Source: Podospora anserina (Eukaryota). From it: 64,000 bases of DNA. The stretch covers positions 1,364,001 through 1,428,000 of the forward strand of contig CM030334.1 of assembly GCA_017654855.1 (NCBI GenBank), in the 5' to 3' direction. Numbering within the stretch: the first letter of the stretch is position 1; each line of letters starts with the position of its first letter. Made by a program: the position numbers and the translations under genes. Positions 51,861 through 64,000 of the stretch are shown in pieces. The notes under the pieces were generated by a model. That model saw only the letters and a program-made list of their open reading frames with translations. It was not told where the DNA came from and did no database searches.

Positions 51861-52712
51861 CTTTTTTTTTATGATATCTCCCTTTCAAAATATGGCGACG
51901 CGTGTTGTGGATCACCAAAATCTCTTCACAGAAAGGGAGACGTGGTGTTTTAAAAGAAGAAAAAGGGGCACAGCTCTCTCTGCTGCGTGTTCACGCGACT
52001 GGGTGGGACTGGGCGCTGACAGATTGTGGATCCTCCACCACCCAAGTGGAATTTAGCGGACACCACGGACCGGGAACCAGCAACCTTGCTCCCACCTAAT
52101 TTTAGCGCCACAAGCATGGGCCCTCGGAGCACCGAAATCCGGGGATCCAGCGTTACTCGTAGGGCTGAACCTCCCCTCATCCCATTTAGGCAGGTCGGTT
52201 TGATTCATGACAAACGAAACTCCAGACACCCACCCGCTCATCAGCTTGAGGGGAAGATGGGGAAACCTAAACTCAACGTCTCCCGTTGGGGGGTTTGGTT
52301 GTTCGGACTACACGTGGATGGTGGGACGCTCCGGTTCCGGGCCCCATCTTCATGTTGGACAGCAAAGAGTCTCGGGAGTGCAAGGTCAAAATCAAATCTA
52401 TCGCCAACAATATACTGTCCCAGTGGTCTCATTCTCAGACAGCGTGTAAGGGGTACTCGGGTCAACATCAAGGATAACCATGTGTCGAACCATTCATCAG
52501 AGTGACCCGAGTCAAGCTAACGGTAAAAACAAACAATACAACATTGTGCAACAGCGACCCTCGTCCCCCGAGCCAACACCGTTTTCACCTAGTCACAATC
52601 CTTACAGTAAGTAGTCCGAATCCTGTACATCCTAAGAAACATCCGGCCTCCAAAATTATCGCTTTATATACAGACTCAGTTTTCCACAAGCGACATCAGC
52701 CGGCGGAACAGA

Positions 52713-54234
52713 TCAAACGGCAAACACCACAGCCAGCAAGGCAGCGAAAACACCACCGAAAGAGCCAGTCGTCACATCTGCTCCATTGGTGTTCGTGGCG
52801 GGACTGGACGACGTTGAGGACACGGTGCTATTCAAGAGAATTGTCGAAGTAGAGGTCGTCGAGGAGACACCACTTCTAGGGTTGTTTCTAACGCCGGTCG
52901 AGGTACCTGCGCTCGAGAGAATTGTCGAACCAGAGACACCACTTCTAGGGCTGTTTCTGATACCGCTCGAGGTAGCTGCACTCGAGAGAATTGGCAAAGC
53001 AGAAGTCGTGGACAATGGTGGACTGGAGACATCACTTGCAGGGCTGTTTCCAACTCCGCTCGAGGTAGCTGCACTTGAAGAAGACTCCGTGGGAGGTCCG
53101 CCAGCTCCAGCATGGCCTGTAGTCACAGGCATCGGAACTGGGCTTCTGTCAAAGTGTGAGCATCCTGAACAATGTTAGAATCAACACGGAGCAAGGCCTG
53201 GACTCACGATGAGCCAGGCGGCTTGCACGAAATATCAAAAAGTGGCTTGGTCGTCAGCTGCCCAGCCGGAGTGATGCCAAAGTTGGGTTCAGCACCAGTC
53301 TGGTCGCCCTGGAACTTGTACCACCAGATGGGCTCTTTTCCGAACCTTGGGCAGCCGACCTCGTTCCAATATCGTTTGGCATTCTCGACCGAGGCGACAG
53401 ACTGTCCCCAGGTTCTACCGGACACGGGATGCCCAGTTTCGGTGATCCATACCGGCTTGCCTTGCGAAGTTGCTCGGGTCTTGTCCAAAGCTTCTTGGAA
53501 GAGGCGTGGGCTCTGCTCGATAGCGTTGTTGGGAAGCGCCGTCGATTGCCAGTATGGATAAGCGTCCATGCCGACCCAGTCACAAGCAGCAACCACTGCT
53601 GCATTGGAGCCGTTTACCCAAGCCGTCCACGTATCGACGTGTCCGATGGGGGCCTTCAGCTTCGTGCTGCTCAGCCGTTGTCGAACCTTTTGGATGTAGC
53701 TGACAATTACCTGAGGGTTGGCACCCGGATTTGAACCTTCCTCCACCGAGGCCGAGTTCCGGTACAAATCCTCACTGCCCACCGAGATGCCGTCAACAAG
53801 CCTCACAAATGCATCGCCATAACGGTTGACGGCGGTCACCAGAGCCTCGAGTTCTCTATCAAACTTGGCTGATCCAGCGGAGGCCCACATACCGAGCAGC
53901 AATCTCATGTTGGTGGCGATGGCAGCGGGGATAGCTTCGATGGGGTTGTTTCCAGCGTTTTCGTCTTGCTATTGGGCACGCTGTTAGTTTTGTCCAAAGT
54001 AGTCAGTCATGCAAACATAGGACAAACACATACAAGCATGGTGAACAGACGAACGCTGATAAACCCGCCAGCAGGGGCACCCTGAAGTGCTTTGGCGGCC
54101 CGGAACTCATTTTCGTAGTCGGCCTGGTTCTTTACGCCTCCTGGCTTTTGGGCGCCAGAGTTGTAACCAAATACGGCACCCAAGACAGGTGTGAGTGAAG
54201 CAGCGAGTGCTGCCAGTCCAAGAGCTTTCCGCAT
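52713..54234 (-). CDS. GPI-anchored GH17 beta-1,3-glucanase/glucanosyltransferase (EglC-like)
   Basis: Exons 54234-54034, 53968-53208, 53145-52713. Signal peptide, catalytic VGSEDLYR and WITETGHP, S/T-rich stalk, hydrophobic GPI signal (FGGVFAALLAVVFAV). Confidence 0.92.
52864..53083 (-). repeat. Three diverged coding repeats (about 60-70 bp core) in the GH17 S/T stalk
   Basis: gagaca(c/t)cactt..aggg.tgtttc....ccg.tcgaggta.ctgc.ct.ga recurs three times, encoding SSAATSSGVGNSP / SSAATSSGIRNSP / SSAGTSTGVRNNP. Confidence 0.85.
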
Positions 54235-57200
54235 GATGGAGCAAGACTACCGGTACCAGAGAGACAAGACGATGAGGTAGGAGCTAGATTTCACGAGGAC
54301 CAAAATGCTCCAAAAGAGTGCGAGTCCAAAAGTCCAAAAAGCGTGATAGCAGAGGTAACCTTCAGATGGTGTAGGAAGTAAATCCAAGGGAGAGAACGAA
54401 GCTTTTTTTACGGGCTGAAGTGGTTCGATGACACCACCCAGGCCGAAGAGCAATAAATATATGAGGTAGGAGCGATGAAACCTGAACGATATTAAAGAGT
54501 CACAAGAGGTAGTATGGTCGATAGGATCCAAAGGTAAAAATGCAATTAGGGCAGCGAGATGCTGGTGAAACTAGAAAATCAAAAGATCTGAAGATGTGGC
54601 AGATGCAAAGGAGGTATATTGAGGAACAGGAAAGGAATACGAAGCATGTTTCTGATTGTCGGGTCTTTGGGTAGCCACTGATTCTCTGGGCTTAGGCAAG
54701 AACATTGAAGTGGTCGAGATCGGCAAGAGCAGATCGTCATGTCTTGCGGTGTTCCTCCCCGTTGGCAGCTACATGACAGGCTAATGCTCCTGCCTCAACT
54801 CATTGGCGTAGTAGACATGGCAGTCGGAATTTCACACCGACGGGAAAGCACCTGCCAGTTGCGTTCTTTCTTCAGCTGAACCGCTTCGTCACCTTTTGGC
54901 CATGTAGAAAATTGATTGGCCTGACCCACTTGCCAGAAGTTATCGTCCCAGCCGTTCAAGACGCCGCCGGCCTTCACAACGGCGACCATACACCTCGTTA
55001 CACAGGAAAACCAGCTCACACAAGGCAGCCGCTGGGTTCCGAGGCGGTGACGCTATTATCCCGATGATGCTGATCATGAGCTCGTATTCGAGCAACAAAG
55101 ATACGATGGTGTCGATGTCGATTTGTGATCCATGAATGATTCAGCAGCTGTTCGGCCCATCGGTCTTATAGATGACACACATGGATTCCCTCTCTTCAGA
55201 CCACTGGCTCCTCTGTATCGTACCCTTTTGCTTCGGGCAAAACACGTGGCAACGTAACACAACCTCTGATTGGTCCTACCAGACGACGACAGCATTAAAC
55301 CTCGTGTTTTAAATCACATCGCCTGTCACGACCTACAAAGCATTGCCAGAGAGCTATTCGGTGGTGGTATAGACAAAAGCCCCGAGAGCACCACGTCGAG
55401 AGATGGACTCAGCTCGAGCTCACGACCAAAGGCAATGGGTCGCACAATCCTCCCAACACCTAAGAACCAATCGAGTTGAATGTTTTATAGGGCTGTGAAT
55501 ATGACCAATATTGCTACTACGTTGATCAATTCACCAAGTTTGCGGTCCATAGGTATATACGCTTCTTTTTCTTGTACATTAACGACCCCTCCACCTCATC
55601 CATCCCCTCCGCAAGAAGTATTCTGCTACTCCCACAACTGCAAACATCCACATTATCAACATGAACGCCCTCAATATCACTGTCGTTGATTTCCACCTTG
55701 ACGTCGTCGCGTGACTACCACCGCCATCATGATACCCCCAACCGCCCTCATCACCACCCTAACAAACAAACACCCCAATGCAATATCACAACCCACACTT
55801 CCAGGTTGACAGCGAAAATCTCTTGTCACAACAATACGATACAATCTACCTGCATGTGAGATTAGGATAAAAAGAGGTTAAACTACGCCCACAAGCCCTT
55901 TCAGATCCCGTAAGTGAAACTCCCCGGTGACTTGGCTCACGTAGTAGGCAAGGTAGAGTCGGTCCGACCGACCCAATCGTCTCCGAGCGAAACGAAAAAA
56001 AGCTACCTACCGACCTGACAGTGCGATTCATATACATACCTTAGCTACCCTGAGTCCCCCAGTGTTAGGTAGGAACGCCCACAGAGACAGAAATCTGTCA
56101 GCCCACGCTCGAAGTGAAAAGCTCGAGATCTGCTTTTTGAGCGTCCGCAAAGCACATGTCGCGCGGGCGGCGAGCTGGACATAGGGTATATAGTATTGGG
56201 AAAGTACCTTACCGTGGCAAATGACAAGCAACACCTGTTATGACATGCTGGGATGATAATCCTCGCGCATAGGACAAGTCAAGAATGAAACGCATAATAC
56301 CAGCCGTTGGATTTCCCAAGCATTGGCACCCCATCTCTTCCAGTCCTGCTGCATCAGCTATCATCGCTATGACCTTCCCCCCAACCCAATCCCTTAACCC
56401 CTCCTCTCCTCACTTTCACATGCCGCACAACAGCTACCCTTCCCCATCCATCTATCGTCTCTCCCACATGCAGGGACCCAAACACCTCGCGTACCTATGC
56501 ATCAACACCCATACATCCATCCAACCCCCCCCGCCCCAAAACATCCCATCGCACCCACATAAAACAACATTCAATCATATCCCCCCTTCATCATCTGTAC
56601 TTCAGCAAAGTAGATTATTATCTTGTATATACATATATTCTCATCTTTAACTTCATAACCCGCCCTTCCCCGGCCCAACCGCCCCTCACTTCATTAGAAA
56701 AAAAAGACAAGAAAAATGCAAAGAAATGGGTATAATATTTAGTCATCACAGTTCAATCCATCCATCCATCCATCCCGTTCCCCTTCCAAATTCCATCCAT
56801 CCCATCCGATTCATTCCCCAGTCCCCCCCACCCCTAAGCTCGTTCATTCCCTTCAAAAGAGAAAAATACCACCACCCTCTCCTCTGGTTCCTAGTCGTTG
56901 CTTCATCATTTTCTTGTTTATCTCGTGAATATCCTCTTTCCCGCCGTATTTGTTGTGAGAGGAAAAGATGAATGGTGTGTCGTGGTGGTGGTGGTGGTAG
57001 GTCGGCTAGTTGTTTTGTGTGTGACTGCGGGTATTTCGTATGGATTAGAACGAAATGTCGTTTTCATAAACAATAGACGCCTGCAAACGCCTCTCTCTCC
57101 CCTTATCATACAGCCCACCCAGCCCATAAGCGGAGAAAACAACAAGAACAAAAAAAAAACGCCTTCCCTTTGCCGAATTAGTAATAGGTGTAAAGCTCGT

Positions 57201-57284
57201 CGTCCCCAGATGGCCCGCCAGTCCCTGGTGACAGTAGGTAGGTAGTGTACAAATCGCACCCTTGTACGAAAGACATCATAGTTC

Positions 57285-59017
57285 TCAAACAAAGCCGCTG
57301 CTCAAGTCCTCAGTGCAGGCCCCGTTGCCGTTGAGCAACCCCCCAGGATCCAGCAACTCCGGTCCTGCCTTCTCCGGCGAAGGCATGGAATATCCCGGTG
57401 CAGCGTTAGATCCCTCCTGGGTCGACTGCTCAATGGGCTCCAGACTCGGTGGTTTCGGCTTCGCCTTTGGTTGGATCGAGGTTAGGGGACTCAGGAATCC
57501 TCCGAGATCTTGCAGCAGGGCTGCCGAGCCCCTTCGGAGACCGTTGCCGCTTGCTTGCACCGCTGGTGAGGGGTGAGTTGTCGTTAGCCCAACTGGAATG
57601 TCCTTCGAAGACAGATAACTGCCTCGTCGACTCGTGGGCCCTACGTCATCGAGAAGACCGCCGTAGTCGAAAAACGACACGCGTCGGGTTGCTGTCGAAT
57701 TACTCCTGACGGATGGGACTGGGTCGCTTGAAATCAATGGGTCGTCGCTTTGCGCTGCGCTGGCTCGGTTGGCACCCGGGAACTGCCAAGAGGTCATGTC
57801 TTCGTGCAGCTTGGTGGTCGCAATAGGCGCGGGCGTGAACACTGGGTTCTCGTTTCCGGTGGGCTGTGATTCTCGGAGCTCGGGCTTGACGGCGTATCCC
57901 ATATCCCGCACCAAATCCTCGTCACTCCCCCAATGCTTCAAAACGGTTGGCCGTCGCGACTCGGAGGCGGATGAACGGTCAATGGTGGACGCTACTGCAA
58001 CCGAGTCGTACTTGTACTTCCTCTTCTTGACGCCCCTGTCCCGAACAAAAGACCCGAGTACGAGGGCGTTGGCTGCAGCCGTCGCAAAGAGAAGCTCGAT
58101 CGAGGCGTAGAGAGATCGGCTTTGTTGACTCCCCTGTTCGTTAATAATGTGTGGCACCCGGTAGATGGTCACTCCAATGGGCGCAAGGCTGAGGGAGAAG
58201 AGCATGACAAGCTGGGCTTTTCTCTTGGTGCTCATCGTGCTCCGAACGATGATGGGCACAGGGCAGATGATCAACAGCAAGTCTGTAAACACGTTGCAGA
58301 CGGCCATTGTCAAGAGCTGCGCATACCCCTGACGGCATCTCCCGCCAGGATCCGGGAGGACTTGCCAGTAGTGTGAAAAGGGCTGACATTCCGTCAGGTC
58401 ACTGATCACAACGGCGATGAACGTTGCAACGAGAACAGCACGGATGAACCTCAACGAAAGCTCATACGACCGTTCCCATGTCACATTGAGGCGCCGAAAA
58501 AACTCCAAGATGGCGTTTTTCAGTACCCACAATCTGCAAAACGGTCAGCGGAAAGTTCCATGGCCCCAGTGAACAACGCGGGAATTGTTTGGCATGGAAA
58601 AACCTCGTGGCACGTCGTTCAAAGAAAAACGGCGTGCATAAGAGACATTCCACAGCCGCCGCCACCAGAAGGGACCACCTACGTTGCAGCGTACATCACC
58701 CGACTCAGCAAGACCAACCCGCTTGCGATCTCCCTCCTGCGCAGCCCCTCGTCCGAAAGCCTGACATTGTCCAGCTGCACGTTATTGGTTCCGAAGAGCA
58801 GTATGACATGGACGCATCCCATTCGCAGAAACAGCGGCACCAGAGCCAGAGCTGCCATCTTATCTTCCCGGAACAGCCTCTCTGTCCGCACGAGCCTGCC
58901 GCACACCCGCAAGAGGATGATGACGGCGCAGAACATGGTGATCCACCAGCACACCAGGAGGGTCGGCTTGTCATTGCTGAACGGGCGCAGCGGCGGGGGA
59001 TCCGTGTAGAGGACCAT
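57285..59017 (-). CDS. PTH11-like integral membrane protein (fungal rhodopsin-like domain, no CFEM) with long cytosolic tail
   Basis: Exons 59017-58683, 58533-57285. LRVCGR...ED, LWVLK.AIL.FF.RL, ECQPFSHYW, CNVFTDLLLIICPVPII, K.QLVMLFSL, SIELLFA..AANA. Confidence 0.88.
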
Positions 59018-59132
59018 GATGGCAGCGCGGCGGAAACACCACGCCCGTCATCCTCCGAGGAGGGGACGAGCGGGGGAGGGCGGGTGTCAATCTACAAGGT
59101 GATTCGAATGCTCCACGGCCTCTGGCGACGCC

Positions 59133-59134
<2 letters not shown>

Positions 59135-59167
<33 letters not shown>
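59135..59167. repeat. (ATG/CAT)11 microsatellite upstream of the PTH11-like gene
   Basis: Directly visible perfect trinucleotide run. Confidence 0.95.
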
Positions 59168-60734
59168 GGTCCCGAACTGCTTCGAGTGAAGCCTACAGAT
59201 TGTGTCGTCAACGTCGCTGGATATTCGAGTCCAGTGTTTACGGGTGGTGCTGTTACTGCTGCTATGACGACGTTTGGTTCGTCGTGGTAGAGTGCTCCGC
59301 TGCCGGCAATAACAGGGCCTCTCGGGTTGGTGCATACACAAAGCTGCTGTTATTGAGGAAGCGTTCGCGGTAACATGTGGGTGGTTCGACCTCGGTGGTA
59401 GTAGTTTGGAAGTGGCCGTAGTGGAGTGAGTGCTGGCAAAGATTCGATGCTGAGGTTGCCTGGCACGGTACTAGTGATAGTTTGCTGTTGTAGTTGTAGC
59501 TCTAGTTTCAGAGAAACCGGTGGACTTGTTGGAAACAAAAGCGAGGGCAAGAAGAGAGCCCGCTTTTGGTCGTGGAGCACCTAGCCGGGGATGGGTCTAG
59601 ACTAATAATAATATGCACGCAAGGCCGACATGCGAGGGCCGGCAGGTTGGCGAACCTGACGGGTGGGTGGTGAGATGGCGGACATGGATGGGGTCCGGCA
59701 GCAGCAGACAGTGCAGTGAGTGCCTATCTCTCCGGCCGCCATCCCATCCCATCTCCAGGGAACCCAGGCCAGTTCGCTAAATCGTCAAACCTGAGAGGCG
59801 CGTCACTTTTGCGATATGCACACTCGACACACCCATTACCTTGCCGTCTGGTGGCTGGTGACTATCACTCCAGCAGATCTCCTGCTTGTGTACTCCTCGC
59901 AAGACGGCCCTCTCCACTCTTGGCAGTCCTGCACATTGACAGCGGGGTTGCTGTTCTGATTTGAGCTGCCAAGTCTCCCCAAGCCCAATTCGTGGCCCAT
60001 CCTGCAGCTCAAGCAGCACGACGGCGCCTTCGTCTGCTGTGAGAAAAGCCCCCCAAAGCAGGTTTGTGTGCTGGCCTGGAAATCTGCGGTGTACATACTC
60101 CGAACCGGCCAGAGGAAAAAATCAAAACAGCGGGACGGCGAAGAGATAAGAAACAAACTACCCACCTACCCTTGTGGCGCCATGATACAGAGCCCGTGCT
60201 CTCTCTCGTGGCATTTCGGAAAGGTGGAGCCAGAGTCGGCAAGCATTTTCTAAACAAAAAAATAAGTCATTGCCTCCCTCACAAGCCCGGGCACCCATGG
60301 TGGTCCCCGAATTTCATTTCGCCATTTCACCGTCGCGTGCTCGGCAGGGATCATGAGGTGTTGAAGCTGGCCCCCCGTAATAAGAGACAGAGAGAGAGCA
60401 AGAGAACCAGGTGTGAAAACGGCAGAGTGTGTTGCTCGGCTGCAGCTGTGGCTTTCACAAGCCAGACCCTGGATGCTGGATGGGACGTGGGGGAGGTCTC
60501 CCGTGGTCCGAATTGCGTTAAGCTCTTGATGTTTAATCAAGCGAGCCTTCCCAGGGATAGCAGGTGGTTAAGGAATGCTCCAATGGGCAGAAATACCAAG
60601 CACATTTCTCTTGATCGCGTCAATCACCTTGTTCCCCAAAGTGAGGGGCAGATACCTGTTGCTGCTGAGCAGATTTGCCGTAGCATTGAGCTCGACTGTG
60701 CCGTTTCTGGCACCAGGCTGTCGGTTTCGCGCTC

Positions 60735-60826
60735 ACACGCACACACACACACACACACACGGATATCGGATTTGGAGGCTGGCTATCGGCTTTGATATCT
60801 GTCTCTCTGTCTCTGTCTCTGTCTCT
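60735..60826. repeat. (CA)n and (TCTCTG)n simple repeats
   Basis: Directly visible short tandem runs. Confidence 0.85.
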
Positions 60827-62274
60827 TGTCAATATCGCAGCGGTCAACAACACAGACAGTGGAGTCACCGTTCACCGTTAGTCCCGTGGCCTCTTCGGCT
60901 CGACGGCTGGCTGCACCAGCTCCACCTCCAACTCCGATCGCCGTTTGCCGGTCGCAAGCCACCGAGAGCATGATCGCTTCCTGGCCCCCCTCGAGAGACC
61001 CTGACACGGGCCGCCAACCGTTGGGCTAACCTTACGCCATCAACCCTGTTTCACTACACCAGACCTCAGCGGCGCGTCAACAACAGCAGACAGTCTCATG
61101 TCAACGGCGGAAGTCCACGTTGGGCACTCATCATACGCACATTTACTGTTGTACATACCCAAGGCAGAAGTTCAATATCGCCAAAGCCGTGTGATCAATG
61201 CGCATCCTCCCTCCCCTCCCTCTCCTCTCGCCTGCTGCTGTGTGCCAAGCAATGTCAACCACAACCCAAAATAAAATAAAAGCCATCTCCACCCCCCATA
61301 CACCCACCACGCACACACAACCCTGCCCGCAGCAGCTCTGTTATCTTCATGAAACAGCTGGCAGCCAAGCGGCCATAAGTCCCAAGTGGGGAAGGTACCT
61401 TACCTAGGGTGCCAGGGATACAAGCATACCCAATGTGTGTGTGTAACTCTGTGTCTGACATGTTTGGTGGTGGTCGTGGTGGTTAAGTTTCTAAATTTCA
61501 CCATGAAGAAAAAAAACGGGTATCCCATCCGGCGACGGCATTCTCACACCGGAAAACGGCTGGCGTCGGCATTGAATGATCGGTGCGGAATTAGACAGAC
61601 TATGCTCTCCCACATACACAAGTATCAAGCCCGAGCCGGCATGATGCAATCCTCCCACTCTCACCCGTCCAGCGGCGATAAGGCATTGGGCAACCGCCTC
61701 TCTCACATCATTCCACAGAACAAGGCCAACGAGATAGCGGCGGTGTCTTTCTCTTCCGCAAGTTCTTACACTTCTAAACTGTTATCTCACATCACCCAAC
61801 ACACCATGAGCGCCACAATAGGAAATATTGGGCAACGCGTTGTTCAAACTATCAGCTTTTGAAACGCCCAAGAGGGCTTGTGGGAACTAGTGTGATAGTT
61901 CCTACATATCGGCATCGAGATGGTTCTGCCAACGCCACAAGAGGGGCCAATGTTAGCCCCACAAAACGTCGGCAGTTCTAGATCGACCTACCTACATCAC
62001 ACTCCACGCCGAGATGGGACAGGTTACTTTATATCAGGTTGATCGAGGTATCATGTCAATGGTTTGATCATATTCTTTGCGCCGCGGGATTGTGGCATCT
62101 GGACTTGTTGGTGGGTTGGACCGCAGATGCTGATGCTATCAAGAGCCGAGAGGCATCTCTAGACGTCCAAGCCACGTAAAGTGCCGCAAAACAGGAAATA
62201 CGCACACAACAAACTCTCAGAACCCCTTTCCTTCCATCACATCCCTCTTCCCAGCTCTCGTGTAAGATATCCCC

Positions 62275-63195
62275 TCACGGCCACAACTCAACAACCTCCC
62301 ACTCCCCCTCCACCTTCCCCCCAGCATACTTCGCCCCTTCTCTCTCCCCCTCCTTCCCCCGATGAGTATACAACCACCTCCTCGGCCTCACATCCTCCCT
62401 CAAATCAACCCTATCAACCTCCTCCGGCACAACCACCACAACCCTAAAATTCCCCCTCGCCTCCTCATCCCTCAAATCATCCACCCTCTCCCCCAACCTC
62501 TTCCCCTGATGATAATCCACCTCCGCCCCCGGCTCCGGACCCTTAAAACTCCCCCTCATAACCGGGCTCAAATTCCCAAAATGCCCCTCCACCTCCCTCT
62601 CCCAGCTCCAATCATCGTCCCCTTCCCATTCCTTGACCCTCCTCATCCTCTCCCCCACCACCTCCCTAACCTTCCTCTCCCCCTCCCCCTCCCCATCAAT
62701 CCCCGGCCCTAGAACCCACGCCTTCCCTCTCACCCTCCACTGAGTCTTTGTCTCATCAACCCAAAACACTGCCTCCACTGGCCCCCCCCCACCGCTTGGG
62801 CCGCCAGACACAGTCTGCGAATCGGGCCCGGCGGTGTCAAGAATGTCAGACGTCTTTGACATGCGCGCGTCAGTGGTGAAAGTCAAGAGGTCAGAGCTGA
62901 AGAGGGGCGGGTTCAGAACGGCGGGGTTGCGCTCGTTGGGGGGGAGGGTACCCCAGAAGCCGCGGAAGACGCAGGTGCGCGCGCGGGGGAGGACAGTGAT
63001 GGAGGTGTGGGAGGGGACTGGGTGGAGGGTTGCGAGGGTGAAGATTGGGGGCCTCAAATGGGTTAGGTGGTGGGAGAAGGGCTCGCGCCAGGGGGCGGGG
63101 CCGGCGGATGATGACATTTTACCAGTGGCGAGGTGAGGGTTGCTTGAAAGATGGGTTGATATTGTTGATAGGCGGCCGAAGAAGGGGGTGGACAT
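62275..63195 (-). CDS. Pyridoxamine 5'-phosphate oxidase-like FMN-binding split-barrel protein
   Basis: APWR, FTLATL, PRARTCVFRGF, FTTDARMSK, VEAVFW....QWRVRG, NFRVVVVVPEEVDRVDL, RRW.Y, W..VELWP C-terminus. Confidence 0.9.
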   Translation of the reverse strand: MSTPFFGRLSTISTHLSSNPHLATGKMSSSAGPAPWREPFSHHLTHLRPPIFTLATLHPVPSHTSITVLPRARTCVFRGFWGTLPPNERNPAVLNPPLFSSDLLTFTTDARMSKTSDILDTAGPDSQTVSGGPSGGGGPVEAVFWVDETKTQWRVRGKAWVLGPGIDGEGEGERKVREVVGERMRRVKEWEGDDDWSWEREVEGHFGNLSPVMRGSFKGPEPGAEVDYHQGKRLGERVDDLRDEEARGNFRVVVVVPEEVDRVDLREDVRPRRWLYTHRGKEGEREGAKYAGGKVEGEWEVVELWP

Positions 63196-63768
63196 TTGTT
63201 GCTTTGCAAGAATGTCGATCGTGTCTGTTGAGAAGGGGAACTGTTAGGGTGGAGGTGAGCTAGGAAAGGTGAGATCTCAAAAGAGGGATGACTTCATCGT
63301 GGTGCGGGGCATTGAGGTAGGTCTTTGCTGCTGTCATCCAAATCTACCTCTCTGCCTACCAAACGGTGCGGGGTTGAGTGCATTTAGCTCAAACACCATC
63401 TCCTCTGCGGGCCGCGCCGGCGGCCGCGAGACACTTTATTTTCCTGGGACGTCTTGTGCCATATGTACAGTTATGTAGGTGTGCAGACGCAGGGTTCACG
63501 GGACAGCTGTGGTAAGAATGTAAGGGTTCAATTGTACATGATATGTCTCTTCTTGCAAGCAGAGTGACAATCTGTTTACTAATTGCTGTCAAGATATCCA
63601 CAACTGGCCATTTCAAGTCAGCAGGTAGGAAACGTCAAACATGTAAACAAAAATACAACCGTCAATGATTCGAAAACAGGCTCACCATCTGCAAGAGCAA
63701 CAGGAGCCGCCCTGACTAGAGGTTGAGACCTACCTACCATCGCCTCCTCTATATCTCTGGAAAGCTGC

Positions 63769-63819
63769 TAATAATAATAATAGTAATAATAGAAATAATA
63801 ATAATAATAATAATAATAA
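63769..63819. repeat. Imperfect (AAT)n microsatellite
   Basis: Directly visible. Confidence 0.9.
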
Positions 63820-63875
63820 CAATTGAGTGTTTGGTTTGCCCGCGCCAGGAATCGAAGCTGGGCCCCATGAGGCCA

Positions 63876-64000
<125 letters not shown>

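Overview
Gene-dense, intron-containing eukaryotic DNA from a filamentous ascomycete. Intron signals (GTRNGT / CTRAC / YAG), gene content and codon style suggest Sordariomycetes, possibly Podospora-like; this is inference, not a database result. I can support 18 protein-coding genes: a C2H2 transcription factor (cut by the left edge), SAP30, mitochondrial DnaJ MDJ1, a GH15+CBM20 glucoamylase, a hotdog thioesterase, PEX12, a DHA2-type MFS transporter divergent from a Zn2Cys6 factor, a PHD-SET (Set3-like) protein, NPC2, VMA7, a NUR1/Mug154-like protein, BFR1, RPB5, an arrestin-like adaptor, a ZIP transporter, a GPI-anchored GH17 glucanase, a PTH11-like receptor and a PNPOx-like FMN-binding protein. 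There are also microsatellites and a 49-bp tandem duplication. I found no tRNA, rRNA, CRISPR or intact transposon by eye. The top signal is at BFR1: its UAG stop is followed in frame by a 127-codon acidic, protein-like extension interrupted only by a second UAG, with both stops in a YUAGGA context. This fits stop-loss A-to-I mRNA editing of the sexual stage, with readthrough or alternative 3' splicing as alternatives. Also notable are a perfect PTS2 motif between a weak and a strong AUG in the PNPOx-like gene, a PTS1-like thioesterase head-to-head with PEX12, a structured glucoamylase intron, and a recurring 5' C-rich to 3' G-rich switch within CDSs. Exon boundaries were inferred by eye.
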